64,000 bases of DNA, from NCBI GenBank assembly GCA_964016885.1, contig OZ024755.1, positions 3,720,001-3,784,000 of the forward strand, written 5' to 3'. Positions 1 to 13,380 of the stretch are shown here, piece by piece. Each line of letters begins with the position of its first letter. Within the stretch, counting starts at the first letter, position 1. Both the position numbers and the translations under genes were made by a program. The stretch comes from Eledone cirrhosa. Lineage: Eukaryota. The notes below the pieces were generated by a model. That model was not told the origin of the DNA, did not search any database, and was given only the letters and a program-made list of their open reading frames with translations.

Positions 1-1952
1 AGAAAGATGAACAAAAAAATGAGGTTGATGAAACAAAGAAAAGATATTCTAGAAAGGAAAGAAAATGCAAAGTTGGTTTGCGATATTAAGAGTTGAAATT
101 AGTAAAACAGAGCGCTGCTTTGAAACAAGGACAATGGAAACTTAATGAAATGAATAGCTTGGCAATAGATTGGTAAAGATGGTAACTTGTTGGAACAACA
201 TAGTTTTGTTTGATTTGCTTTGGAATTTGTTGTGAGTCTCTCCATTGATGTGGTCCAACTCTGGCAAGATGGAACATCACCAAACACTTGACAACTTTCA
301 ATAGAATACAGAACAGACTGCTATTGGGGGTAACACGAGAGTTAAATGTCTGGTATAGTGTAGAATAGAAAGTTATATATATATATTATATATAATAAAT
401 TGAAGTGAAAACCAACAGGTGCATGTGTTTTTATTGGCAACATGACCCTTCCAAAGTATAACAATATCTGTTTCAACATGTGTCGAAATATATATAGAGG
501 GGGGGGGGTGAAGGAGACAACAATAAAATCACATAACAGGATAATTGAAACAACTGTAGCTTTGTGAAATATGTGGTTGACCGCTACAACCTTGAGTGTA
601 GGGAGAGATGGAGAGAGAGGGGATGGAGAGAGAGATGGAGAGAGAGAGAGATGGAGAGAAAGAGAGATAGAGAAATATATATATAGAGAGAGTGAAGAAT
701 TGAATTTCCATGGAAACATTAGTGAGCAGTGGAGATATATGAATGGGATGTATCAACCACTGATTCACAACATATTTCTAAGCTTCGTTTCCTCTACGTC
801 TCTCTCTCTCTCTCTCTCTCACATCTCTATATCACTCTCTCTCTCCCTCACATCACTATACCCCTCTCCCCCTCTCTCTCACATCTCTATATCACTCTCT
901 CTCTCTCTATATATATATCTTGTTATTATTTTGTTATTTATGTCAAAATTATTATTATTATTATTATTATTTTTTTTTTTTGTTTCAAATTATATTTTTA
1001 CTGTTTCATGACAATGATTATAAAATAATTACTGGAATAATTTCAATTTTTTAAATTGAATTAACAATGATAATGATAATAATGAAAATGATAATAATAA
1101 TAATAATGATGATAATGATGTGATGATGATGACAATAGTGATGATGACAATGATAATGGCAATGTCACCAACAACTATAATAACTAATAGTGAAATAAAA
1201 TAGAAAAAAAAAGAATGTAGGCTTGATAACAACAACAGTACCAACAACAACAACAACAACAGCAACCAAAAAATAACAACAGCAACAACAACAACAGCTG
1301 AATTATAAAATAATGTTAGAAGGATAAAAATAAAAAAAAATTAAATATATAATAAATATATAATAAATATTAAGACTAAAAATAATAAAATGATGATGAT
1401 GGGGAGGTGGAAGGGGAGGACGTAGAATACCCCCCCCCCCCCCCAAAAAAAATGTACTTAAATTGCAATAGATTCAAACTTAATACACTGAAGTGAATTG
1501 AATGTTCAATATATTGTAAAAAGTATGAAATAAATCAGTAAAAATAAATTTAATTATAACATTAGCGACTGCATCTAAAATATAATCATTCTGAAGTGAA
1601 GTATTAAAAAATATATACTGTACATGTGGTGTGGAATCAGTAAATACTGTACTGTACATGTGGTGTGTACATGTGGTGTGTACATGTGGTGTGTACATGT
1701 ATGTATATTTTGATATATGATGATGATTATATATATTATATATATATTATATTATAAATATATATATATATATACATATATATATACACATATACATATA
1801 TATAAGTATATATATGTATATAAGTATATATATATACATATATATATAAGTATATATATGTATATAAGTATATATATATACTTATATATATATGTATATA
1901 TATATATATAAGTATATATATATACTTATATATATATGTATATATATATATA

Positions 1953-2158
1953 TAGGAAAAAGAGTCAAGACCCCGACGGCTGAGCTCCGGCCATTTCGAC
2001 AGCTAGATCCGAACAGTTCAGATCTAGCTGTCGAAACGGCCGGAGCTCAGCCGTCGGGGTCTTGACTCTTTTTCCTACTATCCACTCTACTATCCATAGT
2101 ATCAAGTTCTCTGGTACGATATGGTCCACCTGGTTCCTTACCACACTTTCTTTGTTTT
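1953..2158 (+). mobile_element. Fold-back hairpin element, family H1 (probable Penelope-like terminal repeat remnant)
   Basis: About 58-bp near-perfect inverted arms plus an ~80-nt 3' tail, with (TA)n on both sides. The right arm has the hammerhead 3' half GAAACGGC..GCCGTC. Confidence 0.8.
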
Positions 2159-2187
2159 ATATACATATACATATATATATATATATA

Positions 2188-2506
2188 TCTTGCTCAAGGA
2201 AACAACACATCACCCGGTCTGAGTTCAATTCTCAGACCGGGTGATGTGTTGTTTCCTTGAGCAAGAGACTTTATTTCACATTGCTCCAGTTTACTCAGCT
2301 GTTGAAATAAGGTGATAGGGACTGGGGTCCCTATCATTCCACTGCAAAGTGGATGTGTAGGCGCCACGGCAAAAAAGCACCCAGCACTCACTGTAAATGA
2401 GGTTGGTGTTAGGAAGGGCATCCAGCTGTAGAAATCAAGCCAGAATCAGTTCCCGTCCCACCCTTGCAAGCATGGAAAAGCGGACGTAAAATGAAATGAA
2501 ATGAAT
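2188..2506 (+). mobile_element. CORE-like tRNA-derived SINE with RTE-type tail and 5' fold-back
   Basis: B-box GAGTTCAATTC, TCCTTGAGCAAGA-like core, and tail GCATGGAAAAGCGGACGTAAAATGA resembling the RTE 3' end at 7490. Confidence 0.7.
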
Positions 2507-2520
2507 GATATATATATATA

Positions 2521-2774
2521 AGTAGAAGGGGTATTTAATTTGTTGGAAATCCGACAAATATACAAATATAAATGTTTATAACTGATTTAGAGCACTCAAC
2601 AAGTTCCTGGAGTAAATATTCAATGATATTAAATAAATGGAAACTATATTTATAAAACCATATTTATTTTATTATATATATTTCAAGGGTACCACCAAAG
2701 TGTTTTGGTACCCTTGAAATATATATAATAAAATAAATATGGTTTTATATATATGGTTTCCATTTATTTAATAT

Positions 2775-2780
<6 letters not shown>
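2521..2780 (-). mobile_element. Penelope-like terminal repeat, family H2, with inverted duplication
   Basis: Palindrome centred on TTCAAGGGTACCA..TGGTACCCTTGAA, which is the hammerhead stem II seen at 22833 and 47455. (TA)n flanks. Confidence 0.7.
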
Positions 2781-2805
<25 letters not shown>

Positions 2806-2895
2806 ATAAAGAGTTGGGACCCGACGGTTGAGCTGTTGCCATTTCAAGAGCTAGTTTCATACTCTACAACTCCAAGTATTGAGTACTCTGTGAAA
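2806..2895 (+). mobile_element. H1 partial copy (left arm joined directly to tail)
   Basis: GGGACCCGACGGTTGAGCT... followed by ACTCTAC..AAGTATTGAGTACTCTG, next to (TA)n. Confidence 0.6.
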
Positions 2896-3457
2896 TAGAT
2901 GGAAAAACTATGATGATGATAATGACTTCCAACTTATCACTGTTCCCATCCGTTCTCCTTACAACTCTACCTGCTCTCTCTCTCATATACTTCCATCACT
3001 TCTCTAACCAATTCCTTCACGCCTGACTGCCAACCCTCTCAATGTTCATATCACTCCTTCATGTAGAACCATATCGAAACCTTTCTCCAGATCAATAAAC
3101 TAAACTAAAAAAAAACCCAACAAATTCTTCCACTTCTAAAAGTCCCGGTACTTTTCCTGTAACTCCCTCACAATATAAATTCCATCAGTCATTCATTGTC
3201 CCAGCACAAATCCCAACTACATTTAATCAATCTTCACTCCCCCCCCCCCCATCTTCCTCTCTAACACTATTTCCAATAATTCCATTCCATGTTTCAATAA
3301 TGTAATAGCTCTATATGAGTCACAGTCTGTAGGATCAGTTTTCCTTATGTACAGAGAAATGGTTGAGAATACTCAATTCCCAAGCCACAGAAATATGGTC
3401 TTCTTTCACTACCAACCCACAAATTTCTGTCATTCTCTTCACACTTTTCATTGCATT

Positions 3458-3894
3458 TAACCCTTTAACATTTACTCTACATATACTATTGCATTTTTGT
3501 CGTAAAGGCTTTATTTTATATAATTATCTCACAGAATATCGAATCAACGTGATTTTGATGTTATTTATTTTGAGAACAATACCTTAACATCAGTATGAGC
3601 AACCAGTTACTGCTGGTTTCTTATATGACTGATTATCTGACAGAATATCGAATCAACGTGATTTTGATGTTATTTATTTTGAGAACAATACCTTAACATC
3701 AGTATGAACAACCAGTTACTGCCGGTTTCTTATATGATTATCTTACAGAATATCGAATCAACGAGATTTTGATGTTATTTATTTTGAGAACAATACCTTA
3801 ACATAAGTATCAGCAACCAGTTACTGCCGGTTTCAACAGAAAGAGGTGAGAGAATTGTGGCCGGATGTGACTGGTTTAAATGTTAAAGGGTTAA
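3458..3894 (+). mobile_element. piggyBac-type MITE with internal ~109-bp triplication
   Basis: TTAA|CCCTTTAACATTTA ... TAAATGTTAAAGGG|TTAA. CAGAATATCGAATCAACG occurs three times. Confidence 0.8.
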
Positions 3895-4328
3895 TACACC
3901 TCTTGCAACAGTTGGCCCTCTTCCACTCTTTACTTTCCTCAATGCTTTCTCCATTCCTTCCTCCACTATCTCCTCTGCCAGTTCAAGACCTGGATTTCTC
4001 TCCATGTTGCCAGCCCATTCGTTCTCCACATTCAACAACCTCTCCATATATATCTTTCACCTTTATATTCTAAATATGTTTATGTATAAATGGTAAAATC
4101 AAAATATAGTGGAGAGCGAAACTTCAAAGAAATAAATATTGTATTTAACTAACAGAGAGTGGCTCTTTAAAGTGGTGTATAAATTACTGGACTGCAATAT
4201 TTTTTTTTTTTATCGATTGACAAGATTCCAGAGCACATGGGTGGAACTTGTCAAATTGGACCAAGGAAATAATGTTTCCATTGGTCTTTCTAATTTCTAA
4301 TACCATCTATAGGTTGCAACTACTGGCA

Positions 4329-4537
4329 GAAAGAGCAACATGAAATAAAGTGTCTTGCTCAAGGATATAATGCATTACCCAGTCTGGTAATCAAACTCAC
4401 AACCTCACAATTGTGAATCCAATTCTCTAACCACTAAATATGTACATCAATGAGGTACATTGCTTGGTCTAGGAATTGAACTCACAACCTCACGATTGTG
4501 AATCCAATTCTCTAACAACTAAGTCACGCAACTTCAC
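4329..4537 (-). mobile_element. CORE-like SINE fragment with duplicated head
   Basis: GAAATAAAGTGTCTTGCTCAAGG plus two copies of AACTCACAACCTCAC..GTGAATCCAATTCTCTAAC. Confidence 0.6.
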
Positions 4538-5614
4538 AGTATTTTACCTGCAATTTAGTTATTGATTCTTGAGAATATATCATATAGCGTCTAGTCATTA
4601 TACTTGGCAGTCTTTCATTTGCACTAACCCATCTACTCACTATTAAGCAACAACAACAACAATAGTAATACATTCATAATGGTCGAATGATGATTGTGCT
4701 GTGTTACACACGGACATCATATTATATTCACCTCAATCAACGAAGCAGGGAAGGAATAGAATTCCCTCCATTTCTCAGTTGAGTGGTTAGCATCAGAAAC
4801 AACGCACATCTATAATATATTTGTTCTTTAAAAAAAAAAAAGGAAAAAGAAAAGAAAAAAGAAAAGAGAACCAAAATGAAAAATAAAACCATAGAAAATA
4901 TCCCAAATTTTCAAAACCAACTTCCGGCAAACTTGAGGTATTTGGCATTCTTATTTGCCAACTGACTTCACACCAGTGAATAATCACAATATTTGGGCAG
5001 TTAGTTTTGTCTATAAAACTTTCATTTTAGTTATTAATAACCATTAATTCGAAAACATGTTTGGGAGGTGTGGGATTTCATATTACAGAAGAGAAAAAAA
5101 AAACTTCCCAAAAAAGCAAAGAATTTAAATGAAAACCATTGCTTCATTTGTTTGTTAGTTTCACTTATTTTCCACTCATACATATTCAGGTGAACATGAC
5201 TAGCTTTTAAACTAGATGTAGATCTATTATATATTGATTTCTTTATATAGCACCAAGGCAATATAACATAGAGTGACAAATAATATTTATAATAAACAAT
5301 GTTAAAATACAAGTGTGTTGTTACATAATGAAACAAGGTGAAATATGTTTGGATAATATTGATTTCTTACATTGGAACAAAACCACATATCATTAGTTGA
5401 GGAAATGCTGTCAAGCTCCTGTTTCTTTTGTTCAGCGAATCAGATTTTTTTTCTTTCCCACTTAGTCAGGGAGAGAAGGGCAGAACCTATGTGTCAATGC
5501 CTGTTCATTTTTTTCAGGGGACCTCCAAGACTAGCAAGGAAGGCAAGGAGCTATTTTCAAAATGAAAGCTTGGTTCCATTCTTGCAATAGAACAAACTCT
5601 ACCAAATATATGCA

Positions 5615-6104
5615 TTAACCCTTTAGTATTTAAACTGGCCATATCCAGCCAGAATTCTCTGACCTCTTTCTGTTCAAACTGGCTGTAACTGGTCATAACC
5701 AGTCACCAATACCAATGTTAAGGTAATAACATCAACATCTCATAGCTTTGTGAGGTAAAGCCTTTACCATGAAAATACAGTAGTATATATAGAGTAATGT
5801 AAATGTTATGTGAGATATTATGTGAGGTAAAGCCTTTACCATGAAAATACAATAGTATATATAGAGTAATGTAAATGTTATGTGAGATATTATGTGAGGT
5901 AAAGCCTTTACCATGAAAATACAATAGTATATATAGAGTAATGTAAATGTTATGTGAGATATTATGTGAGGTAAAGCCTTTACCATGAAAATACAATAGT
6001 ATATATAGAGTAATGTGAATGTTATGTGAGATATTATGTGAGGTAAAGCCTTTACCATGAAAATACAGTAGTATATATAGAGTAATGTGAATGCTGAAGA
6101 GTTA
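5615..6104 (-). mobile_element. Same piggyBac-type MITE carrying a 72-bp minisatellite (~5 copies, 5750-6093)
   Basis: TTAACCCTTTAG start, GAAGAGTTAA end. Unit GTGAGGTAAAGCCTTTACCATGAAAATACAATAG... Confidence 0.8.
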
Positions 6105-6304
6105 AACACAAACACCATTTTGGCAGTCTGGTATTTCTTGATAAGAGAAAAGCAGCCTGTCAGTTATGTTTGTTGTCAAGATAAGATCTAATAAATCATG
6201 TCAAACTGAGACAATCTAGATTTACCTGAAAGGCTTGTGAGACATGTTTAATAGTATATATGTAAATAAGACGTTATTGCTCCAGTCTGGCCACAAAACA
6301 CTTA

Positions 6305-6782
6305 GCAAACACCTTACACCAACCTCTGCTAATGGCACCTGACAAACCAACCTATACTAACAACACCTGTACTAATGGCACCTGACAAACTAAGCTGTAC
6401 TAACGACACCTGACAAACCAACCTGTATTAATGACACCTGACAAACTAAGCTGTACTAACGACACCTGACAAACCAACCTGTACTAACGACACCTTACAC
6501 CAACCTCTACTAACGACACCTGACAAACCAACCTGTACTAACGACACCTTACACCAACCTCTACTAACGACACCTGACAAACCAACCTGTACTAACGACA
6601 CCTTACACCAACCTCTACTAACGACACCTGACAAACCAACCTGTACTAACGACACCTTACACCAACCTCTACTAATGACACCTGACAAACTAACCTGTAC
6701 TAATGACACCTGACAAACCAACCTGTACTAATGACACCTGACAAACTAAGCTGTACTAATGACACCTGACAAACCAACCTGT
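6305..6782 (+). repeat. 26/28-bp minisatellite with 54-bp dimer structure
   Basis: AACCTCTACTAACGACACCTGACAAACC alternates with AACCTGTACTAACGACACCTTACACC. Confidence 0.9.
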
Positions 6783-6837
6783 GACCCAACCTCCAAATTA
6801 AACATATAAAATACATTCACAAAAAAACTAATGTAAA

Positions 6838-7030
6838 TAATTGTTTCTATTTTTGGCACAAGGCCAGCAATTATCCCAGTGTATTACTGGTACTTTATTT
6901 TGTCGACCCCATAAGGATGAAAGGCAAAGTTAACCTTGACGGAATTTGAACTCAGATCATAAAGGGCCGTAACTCTATGCTGCAAAGAATGGCGTCCAAC
7001 TCTCTACCAATACTGCCAATCCACCGCCCT
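6838..7030 (-). mobile_element. SINE family A (tRNA head, Meta-like central domain), full length
   Basis: Family consensus has A-box TGGCAGTATCGG, B-box GAGTTCAAATCC, GCCTTTCATCCTTACGGGGTCGATAAAATAAAGTACCAG and tail GGCCTTGTGCCAAAAGTAGAAACAATT. Confidence 0.9.
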
Positions 7031-7127
7031 AATGTAAATAATGACCAAAGAAAATATATCAAAGAAATCTCTTTGTCTTCTCCTTCAAGATGAACTCATG
7101 ATTTCACTACGAAAACTTGGTTACCTG

Positions 7128-7240
7128 TGGCAAATCGAGGTCAACTTGCCCTTTCATCCTTACGGGGTCGATAAAATAAAGTACTAGTAATGCACTGGGA
7201 TAATTGCTGGCCTTGTGCCAAAAGTATAAACAATTATTAT
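7128..7240 (+). mobile_element. SINE A, 5' truncated
   Basis: Central domain plus tail. Confidence 0.85.
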
Positions 7241-7489
7241 TAAATAAATATTTTTGTTTACTAGACAAAAAATGGCCACCAGCATTAAATAAATAATATA
7301 TTTAATATACTTTAATTTAGTTTTCAACAGCTTACAGTAAAGAAGAAACCTTATAGATTTATCTAACTTTACTGTTTCAAATCCCACAGCTTTATCTGAT
7401 TAATTTTCAGAAGCTTTTTAAATCTTAATTTTTTTTCTTTTCTGTATAATATGATTGGATTGTGCTAAAACTTTAAGACTAGTAAGTCC

Positions 7490-8328
7490 ATCATCTTCAT
7501 CATTGTTTAACATCTAGCTTCTACGCTAGCATGGGTTAGATGGGAGTTGTTCCACTTGAGGCAAGATTGGTTGGGTGACCGTGTCTCGCTCGTATAGGAC
7601 TATCTGGCAGGATACCCTTCCTAGCACCAACCACATTTACAGTGTGGACTGGGAGCTTTTTACTGAGTTACCTACACGGCCACATTACAGCGTGGACTGT
7701 GTATTTTTTTGTCGTGACACCTACACGACCTCATGTATTTGGACTGGATGTTGTGGTACCAACTTTACAGAGAAAGGGTGGTGTTGGTGGGAGTGGGAGG
7801 ATGGAGTAGGGGTAGTGGGTTGGGGTGTATATTTGGTTAAGAGGTGCCTACTGACTGTAGGTTTTGCTTTGTACATAGGCAAGGCGGGTCTTCTGTATTA
7901 CTGCGTGGCACCAAAGATCTCGTTCCAGTGACATTGTCTTAGAGAGGTGCAAGTGTGTAAGGTCGGAATTTATCAGATCGTCCCAGGTTTTTATGGGTCT
8001 ACCTACTCCGTAACTTCCATCAATTTTGATCGCCCTGCACTTTTTTATACAGCTGTCGTCTTTCATGCGCATCACGCGACCATACCAATGTAGTCTTCTC
8101 TCAAGTAAACAGCATCTGATCCCTCTTATTCCTAATTTCTCTCTTAGTTCATTTATGTTTTGCCGTTTGCGTATATTACTATTACACATCGAACGGAGCA
8201 TGCATGCTTCGTTCCTTTCCAGTCTGCATAGATCCTCTGCTCACAATGCCCATGTCTCACTGCCATGTAACATTGCTGTTCATATACAGGCATAATAAAA
8301 TCTGCCTTTCATTTTTAGAGAGAATCCA
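7490..8328 (-). mobile_element. RTE-clade LINE, 5'-truncated 3' end (pseudogenised)
   Basis: Translation MLHGSETWAL..RRLHWYGRVMRM..GRPIKTW is typical of an RTE ORF C-terminus, with in-frame stops. 3' UTR ends in a (TGA)n-type tail. Confidence 0.85.
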
Positions 8329-9025
8329 TACATATATATTCTTGGTGTTTAAATATCAGTTAAATTAAGATGATTCTGTATTCTTGGGAGTATAACAATG
8401 TTGAACATACCCAATAATGGTTCTGGCAAAAACAGGAACTTTGTAAAAGGAATGTCATTAAGATTGACTAATGGTCATTGTATTGTAGATATTAAAGGAA
8501 ATTGCTTTTGGCATTTAATGAAAGGTATTGTTGAGACTAATACCAACATGCCTTCCTTTATTGCTTTATGTCATGGTTTTTGCATAAATTAAATTTTCTT
8601 GTAGATCCTTCATTTTATTGCCAATTTTATTCTGTTCTGCAAGCCTTCTGAGACTAATTTTCTTTTAGCAGCATAAAACTGCACCTATTTCAAATTTTAG
8701 TAAATTAGCATTGATGTTCCGAACACAAATACTACCACGGCATTTGTATAGAGACATCACGTCATCAAGAAGCTATCCATCGATCCTATATTCCTGCAGA
8801 ACCTTCTAAGACCCTCCCAGAAATAAGTGGACAAAGGCGGCGGCAAAGAAGAAGGTGATGAGGAAAGAGAAGAAGATGTAGTAGGAGAAGGCAAAGAAGA
8901 AGCAGCATATATATATCATCATCATCATCATCAATATATATATATATTTATTTGTGATTGCCTCATCGAATAGTACTTGCTGTGTGGCAGCTACAACTTT
9001 GGTTTATACCTAAAATATATATATA

Positions 9026-9190
9026 TCATCATCATCGATTAATGTCCATCTTCCACACTAGCATGGGTTAGATGGGTCCCATTTAGAGGCAAGTTGTATC
9101 CGGTGTCTGTGTCTCGCTCATAGGGGATGTTTCTGGCTGGTTTTCTATGACTTGATGCCCTTCCTAACGCCAACCACATTGACAGTGTGG
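9026..9190 (-). mobile_element. RTE 3' UTR fragment
   Basis: Similar to 7490-7650 (CTAGCATGGGTTAGATGGG..GTGTCTCGCTC..). Confidence 0.7.
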
Positions 9191-9409
9191 GCTGGGGGGA
9201 AAGGGTTATATGCATGTGTGTGTGTATATAATTTTTCCTTCCTTTTCTTTCCTTCCTGGCTTTTTGATTGAGAAAAGGCCTTGGGCACACCGCTGATCTC
9301 GGTTTTACAGCTGATGAAGGATTTCTTTTCTTCTCTTTTTTCGTCAATACTACCTTCTTAAACTTTGTTTTCAGTAACCACACAGCTCATTTCGTTTCTT
9401 ATAATTTTG

Positions 9410-9480
<71 letters not shown>

Positions 9481-9483
<3 letters not shown>

Positions 9484-9624
9484 AAAATGTTTGAGCCCGA
9501 CCGTCAAAATGGCTTGAGCTCTGCCGTCAGGGTCAAACATTTTCCTATTACCCACTCTACTACCCTAAGTATTGAGTACTTTGGTGCGTTATGGTCCATC
9601 TAGTTCCTTACCACACCTCCTTCG

Positions 9625-9626
<2 letters not shown>
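9481..9626 (+). mobile_element. H1 copy
   Basis: AGGAAAATGTTTGA..TCAAACATTTTCCT inverted arms plus the shared tail, flanked by (TA)n. Confidence 0.75.
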
Positions 9627-9662
<36 letters not shown>

Positions 9663-10387
9663 ATAATAATAAATTTGAAACTAAAATCCAAATCTGTTAT
9701 TTTAATAAATATATATATATATATAACCAAAATTAAATTAAGGATGTCATATATATATATAGTTTATATTTAGATCTCACTAATACACTGCTATCTAGAT
9801 ATATGTGGCTTATACTTATTATCCCTGATTGCTCGATACTTACACAATATACCAGCATTTACCAAACCAAACAGCCTAATAATATAGGATCTAGGAACAA
9901 ATTTCATTTTGGGACATTGTTTATTTATAGGGTAAAATGCTTTCTGCTAGTGGAATAATATCATTTGGAATAAATCATGGCCAAGTATGTGTGCATGTGC
10001 ATGATCATGTGTATGTGTGTGTGTGAGTGTGTGTGTGAGTGTGTGTGTGTGGCTTTTCATTTTACCCTTTTTTTTTCTTTGGTTGTTCTTTTTTAAGACC
10101 AGTAGAGAAAAATAGAACAAAGAGTAAGAGAGGAAATGAGATCAGCTACAGTTCAACAGTTCAATGAAGTGCTGTACAATGAAATATAGCATGTTAGAAA
10201 CACAGTAAAAGGACAATGAAAGGCTTCGTACAAACAATGGAAACATCGGTATTAACATGGTTCGTTTGAATAGAAGCAAAAAATAGAAGTTTCTATCTGG
10301 GAAATCAGATGGCATTATTGGTTTGGTCAGTGTAGCCTTACCTGTAATTTATAGAGCAATCAGGCAGATATGAAATACATATCAAAG

Positions 10388-10469
<82 letters not shown>

Positions 10470-10565
10470 ACATGGTACAAGGTAATTTAGTTTGAAAGGG
10501 GAGTAGGGAAATACAATGGACAATTCATTTGTAAAAATGAGGTTATTGCTGTTGCATTTATATAT

Positions 10566-10614
<49 letters not shown>

Positions 10615-10704
10615 CACACACACATGTATATATATATATATTTGCTAGCAGGGAAAGTGGAAGTTAAAACAACAATGATGATGTATATTATTGATAATAT
10701 ATAT

Positions 10705-10823
10705 ATCATCATCATCATCATCATCGTTTAACGTCCATCTTCCATGGGTTTGGACGGGAGTTTTCCCACTTGAGGCAAGATTGGTTGTCCTGCTCGTATA
10801 GGAGGACAACCAATCTTGCCTCA
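10705..10823 (-). mobile_element. RTE 3' tail fragment with 21-bp inverted 5' end
   Basis: TGAGGCAAGATTGGTTGTCCT / AGGACAACCAATCTTGCCTCA, then (TA)n. Confidence 0.7.
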
Positions 10824-11336
10824 TATATATATATAGCTTTTATCCCTACAGACCCTGTAGTAAATGAGATAACGACTAACAAAAGTATATAAACTGGGGA
10901 TGAACCTCTAAAAGTCAATGAAGTTTGACTCCTAGAACCACGTATAGCCAACCAAACTCTGGTTATCAAACAATAGCAGGATAAAGAATAAAGGTTTTTA
11001 TTGTTTTGTAATAGTGTACTATATTATTATCCTTTTAGTCTCCCTCACGCCTCCACTTAACAAAACAACAATATTAAAGAAACAGTAAGGAGACCATAAA
11101 AGATATGGAAGAATGCATTGTTTTTAAGTTTTGCATTTGAAAAGGGGATTATAACCCTGAAATATGTTGAAATATACTGGGTAAAACATTACTTTTTTTC
11201 TGTTTTATTTGCCATTTTTTGCCCTTTATATATTTCTATATTTCAACCGTATTGTACCAGCTTTCTGAAATACTTATAAATTGATTATTACATAATAACT
11301 ATACCACTGTATAGTAGGTAATAGAATAGACTAATG

Positions 11337-11600
11337 TTTTAATATTAACTATAATATTTCTGTTAAGGTATTATAATATTAACTACAATATTTCTGTTAA
11401 GATGTAATATTTCTGTTAAGGTATTATAATATTAACTACAATATTTCTGTTAAAGTGTTGTAATATTTCTGTTAAGGTATTATAATATTAACTATAATAT
11501 TTCTGTTAAAGTGTTGTAATATTTCTGTTAAGGTGTTATAATATTAACTACAATATTTCTGTTAAGATGTAATGTTTCTGTAAAATGTTAAAATATTAAT
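11337..11600 (+). repeat. AT-rich minisatellite
   Basis: AATATTTCTGTTAAGG.. recurs about ten times. Confidence 0.85.
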
Positions 11601-12584
11601 AACCTAACAGAAACTCAGTATAAATAACTAAATATTCTATAATAGGTACTTAATATCTTTATTGTTCCACACCCAAAACTAAATAATAATAATTTTCCAA
11701 TCTTTCTTGCACCAATTCATCGGATCTTCCCTTCCTACTTGAGGTTTATTTAAAAAAAAAATTATTTTTTCTGCAGGCTCTGCTAAACCACGGCAATTTA
11801 CATTGAATATTGATTGCACCCACTTCCTGACACACACAACCCCTTATCCCACCCTGCTAAAAAAAAAAAGAAACGCTTACAGACAAAAAAAATATTAGTG
11901 GCTTCTAGTTCTGTGTATGAAAGAAAGAGGGAGAGAGATAATGAGAAAGCGAGAGAGAGAGAGAAAGAGAGCGAGAGAGAATTAGAGAGAGAAAGAATGG
12001 AAAAGAGCAACAAGTATTTGAATGTTGTTTTAGACTACGAAGTATCATTGGAAAACTAATTGAAGATGAGGTTGATGCAACAGAAATTGGTAATTTAAAG
12101 AATTCTTACTCTTACCATCTCTATTTTGTTTGTTATAATGAGAGAACTAGCAAGAACTGAATGGTCTCTTAACATTTTACTGTAATTCTTTACTCACTTC
12201 CTCTTTATTCTATCACAGCTGAATCTCAACCAAATCATTATGGAACTAATGAAATGGTAAAAAGGGGAAAAAAGACATGAGGAAATATAAAAGAATTTCT
12301 AAGGGAAATGTCATGGGTGCTTTTTTGAAATCTCAGTAAAGGTTACTGCCATTTATTAATCCTAAACATTAATTATGGTTCAAAACAAGCATCCTAATGC
12401 TTCCTTGCAAAGAAATATATATTTTTTTCTTTTAGTGAGCAATTAAAAAAAAAAAAAAAAAAATCTAATTTAATTAAAGATATACTTATTTTTTTAAAAA
12501 TCATTAATATTTAATTAATAATTTCAATTTTTAAAGAGTGATAAAACAAATTAAATAAATGTTGGTGACATGACAAAAAGCACC

Positions 12585-12745
12585 CAGTCTAACCTGTCTA
12601 TTGGTCATTTTGGGGCCACGATAAAAAGCTCATGGATGTTATCCAGCCATCTTTCTAGGGGTCTACCTCTGGGTCTCCTGCCAGTTGGTTTTGCCTGTAA
12701 AATCTGTCCAGTGATTCTTTCTCAAGACATTCTAGCCACATGCCC
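12585..12745 (-). mobile_element. RTE LINE C-terminal fragment
   Basis: Minus strand reads GHVARMS*ERITGQILQAKPTGRRPRGRPLERWLDNI. Confidence 0.7.
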
Positions 12746-13050
12746 ATGGGATTTGCACCTAGAGAGTTCCCCTTCAAGGTACAAGCCTGGGCAAGATGTG
12801 TTTATGGAAGACCAGCAGTCACCTACACATACCAGTCTTCCCTCTCTCCATACCACTGATGTTGTCCAAGGGAAAGGTAATGGCTGATACAGCTTGGCAC
12901 CAGTGACATCGCAACTCATTTCTACAGCTGAGTGAACTGGAGCAACATGAAGTAAAGTGTCTTGCTCAAGAACACTATACAATTCTCAATGCAGGAATCA
13001 ATCTCACAATCTCATGATTATCATCACAACACATTAACAACTAAGCCATG
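12746..13050 (-). mobile_element. CORE-like SINE
   Basis: CAGCTGAGTGAACTGGAGCAACATGAAGTAAAGTGTCTTGCTCAAG matches the family at 2188. Confidence 0.65.
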
Positions 13051-13186
13051 CTCAAGAAAGTAGCCATAATATTTAAAAAAAAAACATGAAAAATCATTAA
13101 AAACTAAAAGACAAAAATCAAAACATAATAGAAATCCCATTTAATATAAAAATGAAAATAAATTTCAAAATTAGTGGACAACGAAC

Positions 13187-13380
13187 CTGTGAAAGTTATC
13201 ATTATATTCCTCCAAGTGACGCAGTGTCTCTTCAGCTTGTTGTAGAGAACTAGCATCATGGATATATGGTTCCAAACAAATGAATAATTGTTTGATTCTT
13301 TTCACCAGTTCACCTGAGCTGTCGAGTTTTTCTTCCATCTCAGAAAATTCAGTTTGTTCATCCGCAGCTGGTGTTGCCAT
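13187..13380 (-). CDS. TBC1D32: First coding exon of a TBC1D32/BROMI (broad-minded) homolog
   Basis: Translation IKQLFICLEPYIHDASSLQQAEETLRHLEEYNDNFH resembles, from recall, the vertebrate BROMI N-terminus [36 protein letters not shown]. Acceptor TTTTCTGCAG (exon starts 13389), ATG at 13380, phase-2 donor CACAG|GTTCGT at 13187/13186. No further exon was identified in 1-13186. Confidence 0.85.

Noticed and set aside
1-13186. Further TBC1D32 exons (donor-like sites at ~5369, 10340, 12113)
   Set aside because: No frame resembled the expected next BROMI segment and the acceptors were poor. A diverged exon could have been missed by eye.
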